Shown piece by piece: positions 10,468 through 20,199 of a stretch of DNA of 64,000 nt (its first letter is position 1; each line of letters starts with the position of its first letter). The position numbers and the translations under genes are program-made. The stretch is taken from the IMG/VR virus record IMGVR_UViG_3300028048_000003; one strand, given 5' to 3'. Source of the DNA: a virus. The notes under the pieces were generated by a model that was not told the origin of the DNA, ran no database searches, and worked only from the letters and a program-made list of their open reading frames with translations.

Positions 10468-11084
10468 TTACTGATTCTGCATGAACTCCATGAAGTCATT
10501 TGCGTCACCGTGAGTACGCTGGACACCTTTCAGTTCATCTTGCTCGCGCTCGGAGTTCTTAGTCATACCTTCCATAAGACCTTCTAACTCAGGATAGGAC
10601 AAGTTCTTGATGTCTTGTACCGTCATGCTCGTATTAGCTACGATGCTGGCAACAAGTTCATCCCAAGTTACTTGTCCTTCTTTGTCTTTTTTTTTGCTTC
10701 TCCATACCCGCTCGTCGCGAAGAACACATCGAAGATTTTCGGAATCATAGCAACGTCAACGAAGCCCTCGATTTCCTCTCGCGTATACTTCTCACCAAAA
10801 GCAAGCACGAGCAGTTCCATCATAGCTTCATACGGCTCATCGGAGAAATACTCTTTGTCGTTATCGCTCGTAGGCGTGGACTCAACAACTTTCTGCATAT
10901 CGGGAGAAATGATATTGAGAATAGCCATATCCGTTCTGAACCGTGTGATATAGTGGCGAATCTTGTTCTTGTACTTGATAAGTGCAGGGAAAATCTCGCG
11001 CTCCTTACCATCACGGCATTTGATGAAATTGTCTTTTTCCATATTGTCATAACCTTTCGTAATAGATTTTCTGTTTTTCGTCAA
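10468..11084 (-). CDS. tail assembly chaperone, -1 frameshift product (gpGT-like)
   Basis: The -1 frame is open from the A-run to TAA at 10468-10470, adding about 72 aa (DKEGQVTWDELVASIV...FMEFMQNQ). The frame arithmetic was checked by hand: the zero-frame stop has lowest coordinate 10668 and the -1 frame stop 10468. Confidence 0.7.
10668..11084 (-). CDS. tail assembly chaperone (gpG-like, zero-frame product)
   Basis: 138-aa acidic protein between the major tail protein and the tape measure. It ends just after an A AAA AAG slippery site. Confidence 0.75.
   Translation of the reverse strand: MTKNRKSITKGYDNMEKDNFIKCRDGKEREIFPALIKYKNKIRHYITRFRTDMAILNIISPDMQKVVESTPTSDNDKEYFSDEPYEAMMELLVLAFGEKYTREEIEGFVDVAMIPKIFDVFFATSGYGEAKKKTKKDK
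10686..10692 (-). other. programmed -1 ribosomal frameshift heptamer A AAA AAG
   Basis: The mRNA reads GCA AAA AAA AAG ACA in the zero frame, from a run of 9 T on the plus strand at 10687-10695. The heptamer is identical to the dnaX-type slippery site. Confidence 0.7.
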
Positions 11085-11145
11085 TGAGGGTTTCCCCTCA
11101 AAGACAAGAAAAGAGAAGAGATAGTAACCTCTCCTCCATCATTCA

Positions 11146-11970
11146 TTAGTGACCTGCGCCAGCGTCAGCGCCCGTGGAACTCGTGCTAGACGAACCAGCC
11201 GAGGCTGTCGGAGCAACGACATCCTTGTTATCGGACTCTGCCTCCGTGACATCCTCCGTAGCGAAGCTCCAGAACTTGCCGTCCTTGCGCTCAGGGTCAA
11301 CAATGGAGAATTTCAGCTCAGGAGCAAAAGCGTTCTTGTGCTTGAAATCCAGCTTGAGAGAGCCGTCAGAGCGCGTCTTGTAAAGAATGACGTTCATACG
11401 GACGATACGACCGTTCTTCTGCTTCATCGGCTTCGACTTGAAGTAAATCGTGGCATAGCCAGGTACAGAAACCGTCTGCACATCAAGGCCAACAGCACCA
11501 GTATCAGTCGTGTATGCGTAGGTAGCTTTAAGCTCCTTGCCAGCATACGTCGTATCAACCTTGCTGTCCGTCACCTTGACCACATTACCGTCATCGTCAG
11601 CGACAACGAGCGTAGCAAGGTCAGCCGTATCAGCGTGTGCCAGCTTGATAGCACCGTCAGCGCCGACTGTGATAACCTCATCGAGAGCGAAGACAACAAC
11701 ACCCTTGTCCTTGGCTTTTACGCCCTGAGTGAGTGCAACCGTCTGCGTGTCCATAGAAGCGTTCGTAAACGTGACAGAACCGCTCTTCTCAGTCTGATAC
11801 GAGAACAGGGACGTATTGGACTCGCCGCCGAAAATGTCCTCCATCTTGGACGAGAACTCGAATGTAGCGTTCTGGAGGTGGATGTAACCAACCTTGCCAG
11901 TCTCGCCGACTACAATAGCCTTACCAGTACCCTCAACAAAGAAGGACTCGTTCTTAGTGATTGGATTCAA
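11146..11970 (-). CDS. major tail protein
   Basis: 274 aa, directly upstream of the chaperone pair. It is beta-rich and has an S/T/A/G-rich C-terminal tail. Confidence 0.65.
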   Translation of the reverse strand: MNPITKNESFFVEGTGKAIVVGETGKVGYIHLQNATFEFSSKMEDIFGGESNTSLFSYQTEKSGSVTFTNASMDTQTVALTQGVKAKDKGVVVFALDEVITVGADGAIKLAHADTADLATLVVADDDGNVVKVTDSKVDTTYAGKELKATYAYTTDTGAVGLDVQTVSVPGYATIYFKSKPMKQKNGRIVRMNVILYKTRSDGSLKLDFKHKNAFAPELKFSIVDPERKDGKFWSFATEDVTEAESDNKDVVAPTASAGSSSTSSTGADAGAGH

Positions 11971-11987
11971 ATTGATTCTCCTTTTCT

Positions 11988-12386
11988 TTATGCAAAAATC
12001 AACGGACGATAACGCTGTGCATATTTGTATACGCCCTTCGTGTCAGATGGAAGGTTATAGCACGAACCCACGAAAAAATCCTCCTCGCGCAGCTCTTCCG
12101 TGATAATTCGCTTCATAGCTTTCAAATCTTTCCTCGATTTGGCATAATAATCTACGCACAAAAAACCTCTCAGCACATAGATATTATCCGTTTCAGTTGC
12201 GGACGAGAAATATATGCTTACAAAGTTTACGTTATCAACTGTGGCGTAACTAAGCGGCGTTAACTCCCTTCGGATTCGCTGATTAATTTCGCCCTCGGTT
12301 TTTGGATTTCCCAGCAGTTTTATGAGGTCTTTATTCTTTTTGAGCTTGCGGTAAACATCATCAAGGACTCCCATATCATCTGTCAT
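11988..12386 (-). CDS. tail terminator / tail completion protein (by position)
   Basis: 132 aa, immediately upstream of the major tail protein in the connector block. Confidence 0.4.
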   Translation of the reverse strand: MTDDMGVLDDVYRKLKKNKDLIKLLGNPKTEGEINQRIRRELTPLSYATVDNVNFVSIYFSSATETDNIYVLRGFLCVDYYAKSRKDLKAMKRIITEELREEDFFVGSCYNLPSDTKGVYKYAQRYRPLIFA

Positions 12387-13018
12387 AGAGAAATTCTCAC
12401 CTTCTTTATTTCACTCTTAAAATATCTAGCGACACATTCGATAAAAACGTTGTGAATCTCTTCTTCCATATCGGAGAGGAGATTGCTGTCCAGCAGCGCT
12501 TTTTTCAGAACATGATAAGCTGGAGACGGTGTATAGAAATAGCCATCAATTTTCAGTCTGTGGTTACGTCCTCGGAGGTTTATATGGCGCGAAGACCACC
12601 AATCTTCGAGATTTACCCACTCAGCACTACCGCTAGAGGTATATACATTACCGTCAAGGTCTTTGTATACGCCCTTCGGTCTGCCCATGATAGCCAAACC
12701 ATCTGCAAGACGGTTCTTGTTGAAGTTGGAAGAAGCCAAGTAATCAGACAGGTATGGATTCTCATCCGATTTGTCCATTAGGCTACCTTTTCCATACTCA
12801 GCAATCCACGCCTTTTGTCCCCACGCTTCTACGATATAGCTCACAACATCATTCGTTTGCTGAGGTTTTTGAGTAGACGAGATGTGTGCTTCACCGTCAA
12901 TCGTGTTCATCTTTTGCCACTCTGTACGGACGTTATCTTTTGCCGCTCTGATATATTTTGAGATAACCCTACGGACACCATCTTTAAGGTTTTTCCCTAG
13001 GTCAAATCTTCTACTCAT
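12383..13018 (-). CDS. head-tail joining (neck) protein (by position)
   Basis: 211 aa, translationally coupled within the connector block. Confidence 0.4.
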   Translation of the reverse strand: MSRRFDLGKNLKDGVRRVISKYIRAAKDNVRTEWQKMNTIDGEAHISSTQKPQQTNDVVSYIVEAWGQKAWIAEYGKGSLMDKSDENPYLSDYLASSNFNKNRLADGLAIMGRPKGVYKDLDGNVYTSSGSAEWVNLEDWWSSRHINLRGRNHRLKIDGYFYTPSPAYHVLKKALLDSNLLSDMEEEIHNVFIECVARYFKSEIKKVRISL

Positions 13019-13590
13019 AGGTTACGGTTATCGTCGCTTGTCTGAACCGCAAGGAGTCCAGCAAACTTCGTGGTGTCAATAGCGTCTACACAATAGTTCT
13101 TGCCGTCGAGTGTAATACGGTCAAGTAACTTAATATCGCAAATCGGAACGCGGAACTCTTTTGTCGTGCTAGGAAGAAGCCCTGCGTCCATCATTCGCAT
13201 ATTGGCATTTACTGTCACATGATTGCATGGCGTATCAAGGACATGAACCAGTTCCGTGCCAATCAAATCACCGTCTTCGTCATACTTCTCTTCGCCCTTC
13301 CTTGTTACGGAGATAGTGCCGTTGCACATATACACCGTAGCTTGCACCGACTCGGCAGAGGGACGTAATGCAACAACGATGAAATCTTTCTTAGTTCCCT
13401 TTACAGTGCAGGAAAACAAGTCACCGTTTTGGAGCTTCGTATTCTCTTGAAGGAGTCCAGTAAAAACAAAATTGCTCTTGAAATTAGAAGCGTTGCTCTT
13501 ACCTACTCGCGTGAGAACAATCTTTTCTGGGTCTTTACCAGCAATATCAATAGGCTGCTTGAACCTATTAAAAAGCGCGAACATCGGCAT
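13015..13590 (-). CDS. head closure / head-tail adaptor protein (by position)
   Basis: 191 aa, with overlapping starts and stops in the connector block. Confidence 0.4.
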   Translation of the reverse strand: MPMFALFNRFKQPIDIAGKDPEKIVLTRVGKSNASNFKSNFVFTGLLQENTKLQNGDLFSCTVKGTKKDFIVVALRPSAESVQATVYMCNGTISVTRKGEEKYDEDGDLIGTELVHVLDTPCNHVTVNANMRMMDAGLLPSTTKEFRVPICDIKLLDRITLDGKNYCVDAIDTTKFAGLLAVQTSDDNRNL

Positions 13591-14146
13591 TTAACCCCCT
13601 CAGAAGCATCTTAATGTCAGAAGTGAAGAAGCTATCATCTGTCATCATAATGTTAAAGTCAAGAGATGTTAATTGCTTTGCTCCAGCAAAACTCTGTGCC
13701 TGTCTGATATTACAAGCAAGCATAGCCGTGGCCGTCTTGAGACGCTTAGGGTACTCATCAAAACCGCTCTTGTACTTGATTTCAAGTTTAGACGGTCTGG
13801 AGTGGAAGAGCATCATGTTAATATCGAAAGAGCCAATGTAGGTAAAATACCCATCGTTCTCAGTATCAAGTTCAATATCATTCACATCGAGAGCATTTGT
13901 ACTCCTGCCGAACAGCGTATCAGAGATACAGGTGACAGACTCGATTTCAATGATAGGAGAATGGCTGAGTTTTCCTCGATTAGTCTTAGACAGCTTTACC
14001 CTGTCAACATATTCCTTTGGAACAAAAGAGCGCCCAAGAAAGCTATTGATAAGGTCTGTTGCCATCGCTACATCAGAGGAAGTGACCCCATCAATCGTAG
14101 AGCAATAAACAGGAATTTCTTCTTCCGTGAGATACATATCACTCAT
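13568..14146 (-). CDS. gp6-like head-tail connector protein
   Basis: 192 aa. The N-terminus (YLTEEEI...SSDVAMATDLINSFLGRSF) resembles gp6-type connector proteins. It lies downstream of the capsid gene. Confidence 0.45.
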   Translation of the reverse strand: MSDMYLTEEEIPVYCSTIDGVTSSDVAMATDLINSFLGRSFVPKEYVDRVKLSKTNRGKLSHSPIIEIESVTCISDTLFGRSTNALDVNDIELDTENDGYFTYIGSFDINMMLFHSRPSKLEIKYKSGFDEYPKRLKTATAMLACNIRQAQSFAGAKQLTSLDFNIMMTDDSFFTSDIKMLLRGLNADVRAF

Positions 14147-14333
14147 TGGAAATCAGCCCCATCGCCTTAACCTCGGCAAACTCCTCTGGATTGACAAGGA
14201 CATAGCCATCATGTGCGATAACAGCACGATGCTTGAGAATAATTACATCCTCGCTCGTTTTGACCTTGTAGACAACTTTCTTAGGAGTCTCCTTCGGTGC
14301 AACCTTTGTTGTAGTGGTCTTCCTTCGTGGCAT
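14139..14333 (-). CDS. small lysine-rich head-module protein
   Basis: The likely start is the ATG at 14333, preceded by AAAAGGAG. 64 aa. It lies between the capsid and connector genes. Confidence 0.45.
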   Translation of the reverse strand: MPRRKTTTTKVAPKETPKKVVYKVKTSEDVIILKHRAVIAHDGYVLVNPEEFAEVKAMGLISNE

Positions 14334-14428
14334 TGAATCAACTCCTTTTAATAGCCGCCGCAGACGCTTTCTGTTTATTTGTTGGAATACCAAGCGACTT
14401 ATTACGAAAGATTAGGTATTAGCCGTTA

Positions 14429-15469
14429 TTACGCACCAGCCGCGTTCGTGGACGGACTCTCATCTGTCTTGTTGACCGTGATAACATCCGTACCAACAGG
14501 AACAGTAGCCTCCGTCTCGCCGTCAATCGTGAGCATGAGGTGACCGTAGTTACCACCGCGGACGATGAACGTATCGAACAGAACCGCGATATAACGCTGT
14601 GCAAGGTCTTTCTCCGTGCCGAGCTGATACATACGCGGAACAGCACTCGCCACATACTGACGCTCAAGGAGGTTCTCATCGACGATAGCAATCTTACCGA
14701 CAGGGCAGTAAATATCCGTCACAATCGGCAGAACGCCAGCGACCGTCATAATGCCAGTCACCTTAATGCCAGGAAGCACCTCAACGTCATACGTCTTCAC
14801 CTTGTCCTTGGCATTGATTTCCTGAGACTCAAGTTTTGCCTTGTCGAGCGGATTCATGTAGATAGCCGTCGGAGTGACCTTGTACTTCTTGTTGTACATG
14901 AGCATAGCCACACCGTTGCGAATAGCCTCCGTGAGACGCGCGTCCTTGGCAATCGTGCCAGTCTTCTTAATCTGCGTGAGGATGGAGCAATACTCGTGAG
15001 ACGTGGAGTCCATGAGGTCTTTTGCCCCGCCAGTCCACACAGCGCGGTCTTGTGCATCGAGCATATCGGAGACAACTTCCGAGAGGTCTTGCGCTTGAAG
15101 GTCACCGAAAAGCCCCTGCTGCTGCGTAACCTCACGGTCAAACTTGCCGAACGTGATACCATCAACCTCGGCGCGAATCAGAGCCGAACGCTCAACACGC
15201 TGGACTTGCGTATCAAGAGCATGGTCGATTGCACGCGGGTCAATGAACTTCTCCTTGGTGTCATGTGCGAGCTTCTCGAAGTAGCGCGTCGGATGACCCG
15301 TTGCAGCCTTGGCCTTAACACGCTGGAGGAGCGTACCCCGCTTGCGCGTCTTGTCCATAATCTGCGACTCGAAAACAGGGACATACAGTGCGCCTGTGCC
15401 GATATAGTCAGCCGTCGCGTTTGCGAAACTCATAAAGCGGCTCTCGCCGTCAAAAAGTCGAATACTCAA
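14429..15469 (-). CDS. major capsid protein
   Basis: 346 aa, following the scaffold gene. Size, position and composition are typical of HK97-fold capsid proteins. A GAGAGGAAGG ribosome-binding site lies before a TTG start. Confidence 0.75.
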   Translation of the reverse strand: MSIRLFDGESRFMSFANATADYIGTGALYVPVFESQIMDKTRKRGTLLQRVKAKAATGHPTRYFEKLAHDTKEKFIDPRAIDHALDTQVQRVERSALIRAEVDGITFGKFDREVTQQQGLFGDLQAQDLSEVVSDMLDAQDRAVWTGGAKDLMDSTSHEYCSILTQIKKTGTIAKDARLTEAIRNGVAMLMYNKKYKVTPTAIYMNPLDKAKLESQEINAKDKVKTYDVEVLPGIKVTGIMTVAGVLPIVTDIYCPVGKIAIVDENLLERQYVASAVPRMYQLGTEKDLAQRYIAVLFDTFIVRGGNYGHLMLTIDGETEATVPVGTDVITVNKTDESPSTNAAGA

Positions 15470-15485
15470 ATTTTACCTTCCTCTC

Positions 15486-16508
15486 TTATGCGTGAAACTC
15501 GTCTTGGTGCTCATTCCAGAGCTGGATTTTCTTCGCCCATTTCTGCTCTGCCGTCAGCTTATCGTTATCGTCGATAGCCTTGGAAAGCTCCATAGCCGTC
15601 TTCTTCTCGCCATCGAAACGCGGGAGGGATGCAAAGTCAACCTTAGTCTTACGCTCAGGCTCTTTCTCCTCTTCCTTCGTCTCTACCTTCTTCTCGGCAA
15701 GTGCCTGTGCCATAGCATCCTTAACGCCAGCCGTGATAGCATCCTGCATAGCCGCAAAATCCATCTTCGGTTCATCCTGCTTCGGCTCGGCCTTGTCTTC
15801 AACCTTGGACAGCTTTTCAACCGTCTCCGTCAGCGTCTTAATAGATGCTTCGAGAGCGGAAAACTTAGCGTCGAAAGCCTTTTGCTGCTCATCGAGAGCG
15901 TTCTTCGTTTCCTCGTTCAATTCTTCATTCTCCTTATTCATCATGGAACACATAAACTTAGTATTCTGAAATGCCGCCTTGTTCTTGTAGAGGATTGCAA
16001 CCCCTGTGAAGTGCGCTCCCAGTCCCGTAAGAGTCTGTGCTTTATCGTCTCTCATTACACCATCAAAGTAAACTTCAACGGAGAAACCAAGAGACTCTTT
16101 CGCACTCTCAATCGTGTCGCACACATCGGGGAAATCATTCTTCCACAAATGACCAGCAACAGCAATTTCATTACCGTTCAAATGAGCTTCATCAACCACG
16201 CCAACCTTGAAGCGAGGAGCATGGTCTTTCAGATTGTATGCAGGGTCGCTAAAGAAATCGTCGCTCCATTGGACGTTTACGCCACTACCAGCAAGGGACT
16301 CCACATCAATGTTCTCACTACTGATAATGGTTTTATATCCCATAATGCCGCCGCATGGCGTACCGTCCGTGGGAGTATCAACATACCCAGCAACACCGCT
16401 GAAATTCAATACGTCAGGATTGTTCTCGTCCTGCATCGTACTGAAACTAGAGAAATTAAGCGTTACGCTCTTTCCCTCTGTCTTCTTCTGCTCGTTTTTT
16501 TTCGCCAT
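15486..16508 (-). CDS. scaffolding protein (possibly a protease-scaffold fusion)
   Basis: 340 aa. The C-terminal half is charged coiled coil (KALDEQQKAFDAKFSALEASIKTLTETVEKL...). It lies between the portal and capsid genes. Confidence 0.6.
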   Translation of the reverse strand: MAKKNEQKKTEGKSVTLNFSSFSTMQDENNPDVLNFSGVAGYVDTPTDGTPCGGIMGYKTIISSENIDVESLAGSGVNVQWSDDFFSDPAYNLKDHAPRFKVGVVDEAHLNGNEIAVAGHLWKNDFPDVCDTIESAKESLGFSVEVYFDGVMRDDKAQTLTGLGAHFTGVAILYKNKAAFQNTKFMCSMMNKENEELNEETKNALDEQQKAFDAKFSALEASIKTLTETVEKLSKVEDKAEPKQDEPKMDFAAMQDAITAGVKDAMAQALAEKKVETKEEEKEPERKTKVDFASLPRFDGEKKTAMELSKAIDDNDKLTAEQKWAKKIQLWNEHQDEFHA

Positions 16509-17811
16509 CAGTCTTCTTTTTCACATCCTCTTTTTGGTCTTTGCCTAAACCATTAAATCCACCAGTCTGTACAGCATATTTTTTATTCAATGCCGATTTC
16601 ATCTCTGCCTGAGTCATGTCATTATACGGACTATCAATATGCGGCATACCAATAGCATTTCTGTACTCTGCAAAGGTAATACCGTTATTGTTCCATTGTT
16701 CCGTGAGCATCGTCTGCTTCTGTTGCTTCTGCGTCAGCGTATCTTCAAAGACAAACTCGAATTTCAAATAGTCGCCCATGCCTAAACGACCAATGATTTT
16801 CTTGTTAATCTCATCGGCAAGCAGTAAGCAATACGGACGAATCGCCTCATTGAGCATAGACTCATTTTGCTCTTCCACAGTAGAACGGTCTGTATTACTG
16901 CCCTGACCAAGTTTCTTAGGGTCAATGCCAAAGGCGAGAGCAATCTCTGTGATTAACTCTTTTTGCCATTCAAGGAACAGACCTTCATCACCGTCAGCAC
17001 CAAGGTGAAGTGCTTGAGCACCCTTCGTACCGCCGATAATTGCCTGTTCACCACGTCCCTGTACCTCTTCACGCCAATACTTTCTGAACGCATCGAGGTC
17101 TGCCTGTGAGACGTTCTCCCCAAGGTCAAGAGCGTATTTAGGAATAGCATTGTCGGTTTGCGTAGAAGCGTATTCTTGAGCACTAGTCAACGCATTGATA
17201 TGCTGAAAAGCCGCTTCAATAGGAGACAATCCGTATGGCGTATCGACGGTCTTATTATGCTGCAAATAAAGAACATCCTTGTCATACAGATACGTCCTGT
17301 TCGCTCCTACGACCTGACAAAATCGGTAAAACTCTGGATTTGTGAAAAACCCTGTGACATATTCAAGAGCGAAACCGTTAATCGGATATAACTTCATTGG
17401 TCTGCGAATGTCTCCAGTGAAGACAATCTCTGCCGCTCCATTATCTCCAATCAAGGTTTCATTGATAACCTGTCCCCAAAAAGACTCGTAAGTGTCTGTC
17501 TCATTAGGATGCAGGATAATATTCTCCAATGCTTTGATAGCAGCACCATAGGTACGTTTATCTCCTGCATTGGTAGGGACAATCCTCCAATTCTGCGCTA
17601 ATACTCCGTCCCGAATAAGGGAAATAGCACGGTGAGGAATTGCCATTCGAGAAAAGTTCCGCAAGCTCCGTTCGTTCACTTTGATAAGCGAATCTTTTGG
17701 AGTGAAGTTAGGCAAAGAAATAATCGTCGTGGCAGACTGCCTTTGAAGGTGTCCGTCAGACGGTGTTTTAATGCCAAGGTGGAAAACTTTCCCGAAAGCT
17801 CTTATCTCCAT
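16456..17811 (-). CDS. portal protein
   Basis: About 451 aa, counted from the ATG at 17811 (MEIRAF...), immediately after terL. It has a charged C-terminal tail. Confidence 0.75.
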   Translation of the reverse strand: MEIRAFGKVFHLGIKTPSDGHLQRQSATTIISLPNFTPKDSLIKVNERSLRNFSRMAIPHRAISLIRDGVLAQNWRIVPTNAGDKRTYGAAIKALENIILHPNETDTYESFWGQVINETLIGDNGAAEIVFTGDIRRPMKLYPINGFALEYVTGFFTNPEFYRFCQVVGANRTYLYDKDVLYLQHNKTVDTPYGLSPIEAAFQHINALTSAQEYASTQTDNAIPKYALDLGENVSQADLDAFRKYWREEVQGRGEQAIIGGTKGAQALHLGADGDEGLFLEWQKELITEIALAFGIDPKKLGQGSNTDRSTVEEQNESMLNEAIRPYCLLLADEINKKIIGRLGMGDYLKFEFVFEDTLTQKQQKQTMLTEQWNNNGITFAEYRNAIGMPHIDSPYNDMTQAEMKSALNKKYAVQTGGFNGLGKDQKEDVKKKTDGEKKRAEEDRGKERNA

Positions 17812-19352
17812 TTTGTGAAAATCCCTCCCATCGGTGTTGGTTTCATGCGCGAGGATAGTCCTCCAAAAACAAGGCGGTGAGACATGTCTGGGAAAGCAGC
17901 AGAACAAATCATGTTAAGTGCATCCATTCCATCATCACTACCCTTTGGAAATCGTAGAAATTCGTTGACAAGTACAGTCTGGTCTTTACGGAACTTGATG
18001 TATTTGTTCTTGATTCTCGGAATCATACCGCGAAGACGTAACTGCTTTTCAACCTTGCTGTTGTACTCATTAATTGGAATCTGAATACCAGCGTTCAGAC
18101 CTCTCTTAGCGACTTCATCCTTGAACATCGCTTGGAACTGAACTGTCTCAATCGTCACCGAAACAAGGTGGCTCTGATACTTCATAGAACCAGCAATAAT
18201 GAGGTCAATGAGCCTGTCTGGTTTGAATCTTCCCATAGTCACATCAAGTACATAAAGGAATCCGTTCTCATCCTTACCAGCGAATATGATTGCTGCTCGG
18301 TCTGATTTTGCCTTACCAAGAGAGGGGTCAACAGCGCCATAAACTTCCTTGATTTCTGGAAGTTCATAGTAGTAATCAAACCACTCAGGAAGGAACTCCG
18401 CGTTAGCAGGGTCAATCGGTTCATTCTGATACTCACTTGCAAAAGAGCTACTATCGGAAACCCTAAGTTCCATCATGTTCTCGTAATAGTCTGGAGAACT
18501 CTCAGGCCAAAGAGATTCGACACCTTTAAGCATCTCGTCTCTGTGCTTCTGATAGAATTGATAGGCATCTTCGCCAGCTTTAGGGTTGTGCTCGTCCGTG
18601 AGGATTTGTTCCCAATCATCCCACAACGGAGAATCCGAAAAGTGCTGTACCGCTTGGTATCTCTTTCTGTCCCACATTGAGAACGCAGGAGCAGTTAAGA
18701 GCTTTTGCAGTAATGACTCATAGTGAAGTACCGTCCCAATGTAGATATAATCGCTTGTCGGCGTACCTACTGGAATAAGGGCTTTCATAAACCAGTTGAA
18801 CAACTTTTTTCGTTGCGCTTCTGTCTCTACGTTTTCATCGTTCTCCAAATCATCGATGATGATTAACTCAGGGCGAATCGAGCCGAACTTATTACCGCGA
18901 AGTTTCTGTCCAGCACCACGGCCATAAACCTGTACGCGGTTAGAAGTAATAATCTTATCTTGCGCCCATTTCTCTTCCGAAACGAGGTCACCAAAGTCGG
19001 TTTTGATAAGGTCATTTTCTTCAAGTTCTGTCTTTATCGCCGAAATGAAAGAACGCGCTTGGTCTAACGTATCAGAAACGAGCAAAATGTTCCTTTTGTA
19101 CTTGTAAACTATGCACCAGATAATCAGCAAAAACGAGATAACCTGCGACTTACCATGTCCGCGCGGAGCGGCTCGAACATAGAAGTTTTTTCGTCTTTTT
19201 CTCCTCAGAATCATGTCCTCTGCTGACTTGAAAATTTCCTTGTGTAAAGGGGAAAATGCACAAGAAAATACCGAGGGGAAATAGGTAAGAGCGAACTTTT
19301 CAAGGGAAGTAGCACAGTCTTTCATGCGCTGTCCCGCGTCCTCTCTATCCAT
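17802..19352 (-). CDS. terL: terminase large subunit
   Basis: 516 aa with Walker A-like APRGHGKS and Walker B-like LIIIDDLEN, plus a C-terminal nuclease-type region. It lies adjacent to the portal gene. Confidence 0.85.
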   Translation of the reverse strand: MDREDAGQRMKDCATSLEKFALTYFPSVFSCAFSPLHKEIFKSAEDMILRRKRRKNFYVRAAPRGHGKSQVISFLLIIWCIVYKYKRNILLVSDTLDQARSFISAIKTELEENDLIKTDFGDLVSEEKWAQDKIITSNRVQVYGRGAGQKLRGNKFGSIRPELIIIDDLENDENVETEAQRKKLFNWFMKALIPVGTPTSDYIYIGTVLHYESLLQKLLTAPAFSMWDRKRYQAVQHFSDSPLWDDWEQILTDEHNPKAGEDAYQFYQKHRDEMLKGVESLWPESSPDYYENMMELRVSDSSSFASEYQNEPIDPANAEFLPEWFDYYYELPEIKEVYGAVDPSLGKAKSDRAAIIFAGKDENGFLYVLDVTMGRFKPDRLIDLIIAGSMKYQSHLVSVTIETVQFQAMFKDEVAKRGLNAGIQIPINEYNSKVEKQLRLRGMIPRIKNKYIKFRKDQTVLVNEFLRFPKGSDDGMDALNMICSAAFPDMSHRLVFGGLSSRMKPTPMGGIFTKWR

Positions 19353-19533
19353 TACCGCCTCGGCTGACGTAGTTTCCTCGATTGCCTTTGCTAACTCATC
19401 AAAATATCTTTTCTGCTTTATAGAATCACCCCTTTTAGTGCCTTGTCCCTGTCAGCACCTTGGACACCCCCAAATTGCATGTCTTCCTCGTGTCTCAGCC
19501 TCGTGCCTACACTCATAAGCTAGGACTTTTGTT

Positions 19534-20088
19534 TTAGATGGCTCTGATTGTCTCGAACATATCCGAACGCCGAAGCTCTTCAAAGACCTCAGCTTTAACT
19601 TGCGGGTATCTGTCTAGGATTTTCAAAAAGACCTCAAGCACTTTTCGCACCTTCTGGACACCTAGCTGTTCTTTCTGAATCCTTGATACGCTCTCGTTCA
19701 AATCTTCGAGAAACTTGCACGAATGGAGATAGGCGTTTGAGATGGAGGAAATCTCAGACAGCTTCTCTTCATCGTCTTTGAGGTTGTCGAGTATTCTGCC
19801 GAGCTTGTTTGTATGCCTTACAAGACGGTTGCGAACACTCCACGCCTCGGAAAGAGCATTAAAGCGATTAACCGCTGTTGCGACATCATTCCTGCCTACG
19901 TCCGTTAAGCCATGCGCGGCGCAGTATCTTGAAATGGTCATTTTGTTCAACGGCTGTTCGCCAGCTGGGAGGGATTCTCTGTTGATTACGTCGGCTACTT
20001 CTTCACAGGTAAGTGTCTTGCGGAGTTCAAGAACCTTCTTACCTAAGCCAAGTTCATCAATCCTGTACTTCATGTAATCACCTCTCAA
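19534..20088 (-). CDS. terS: terminase small subunit (HTH)
   Basis: 184 aa. The N-terminal HTH-like segment is LTCEEVADVINRE...MTISRYCAAHGL. It lies upstream of terL. Confidence 0.6.
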   Translation of the reverse strand: MRGDYMKYRIDELGLGKKVLELRKTLTCEEVADVINRESLPAGEQPLNKMTISRYCAAHGLTDVGRNDVATAVNRFNALSEAWSVRNRLVRHTNKLGRILDNLKDDEEKLSEISSISNAYLHSCKFLEDLNESVSRIQKEQLGVQKVRKVLEVFLKILDRYPQVKAEVFEELRRSDMFETIRAI

Positions 20089-20093
20089 TTTGT

Positions 20094-20199
20094 CCTCTCA
20101 TATATTATCTATGGTGGCTTTTCAAGTAAAAATGGGCTGAAATTCCAAAAAAAATCATTTTTAATCAAATTTTTAACTAAAATAGCTATAAGATATAAC
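20094..20199 (-). promoter_or_regulatory. conserved promoter-proximal element, copy A (upstream of terS)
   Basis: Shares an identical 16-mer with copy B (minus strand GATAATATATGAGAGG), plus TTGAAAAG and TCTTATAGCT blocks in the same order over about 105 bp. Confidence 0.55.

Noticed and set aside
11149-12012. 287-aa plus-strand ORF opposite the major tail protein.
   Set aside because: It is an Arg/Leu/Ser-rich antisense frame with no ribosome-binding site. The minus-strand gene fits the structural operon.
14540-16556. Two long plus-strand ORFs (345 and 354 aa) opposite the capsid and scaffold genes.
   Set aside because: They are antisense shadows of highly expressed genes, with Arg/Leu-rich implausible sequences and no translational signals.
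19353-19533. The 180-nt gap between terS and terL. It contains a 32-codon ORF, and the terL frame stays open for about 33 further codons upstream of its ATG (…KQKRYFDELAKAIEETTSAEAV) that look like coding sequence. I considered a frameshift-extended or intron-containing terL.
   Set aside because: No in-phase slippery heptamer links the small ORF to the terL frame, and no canonical start codon occurs in the extension. The gap is too short for an intron. The ATG at 19352 is kept. The question could be revisited with proteomics.
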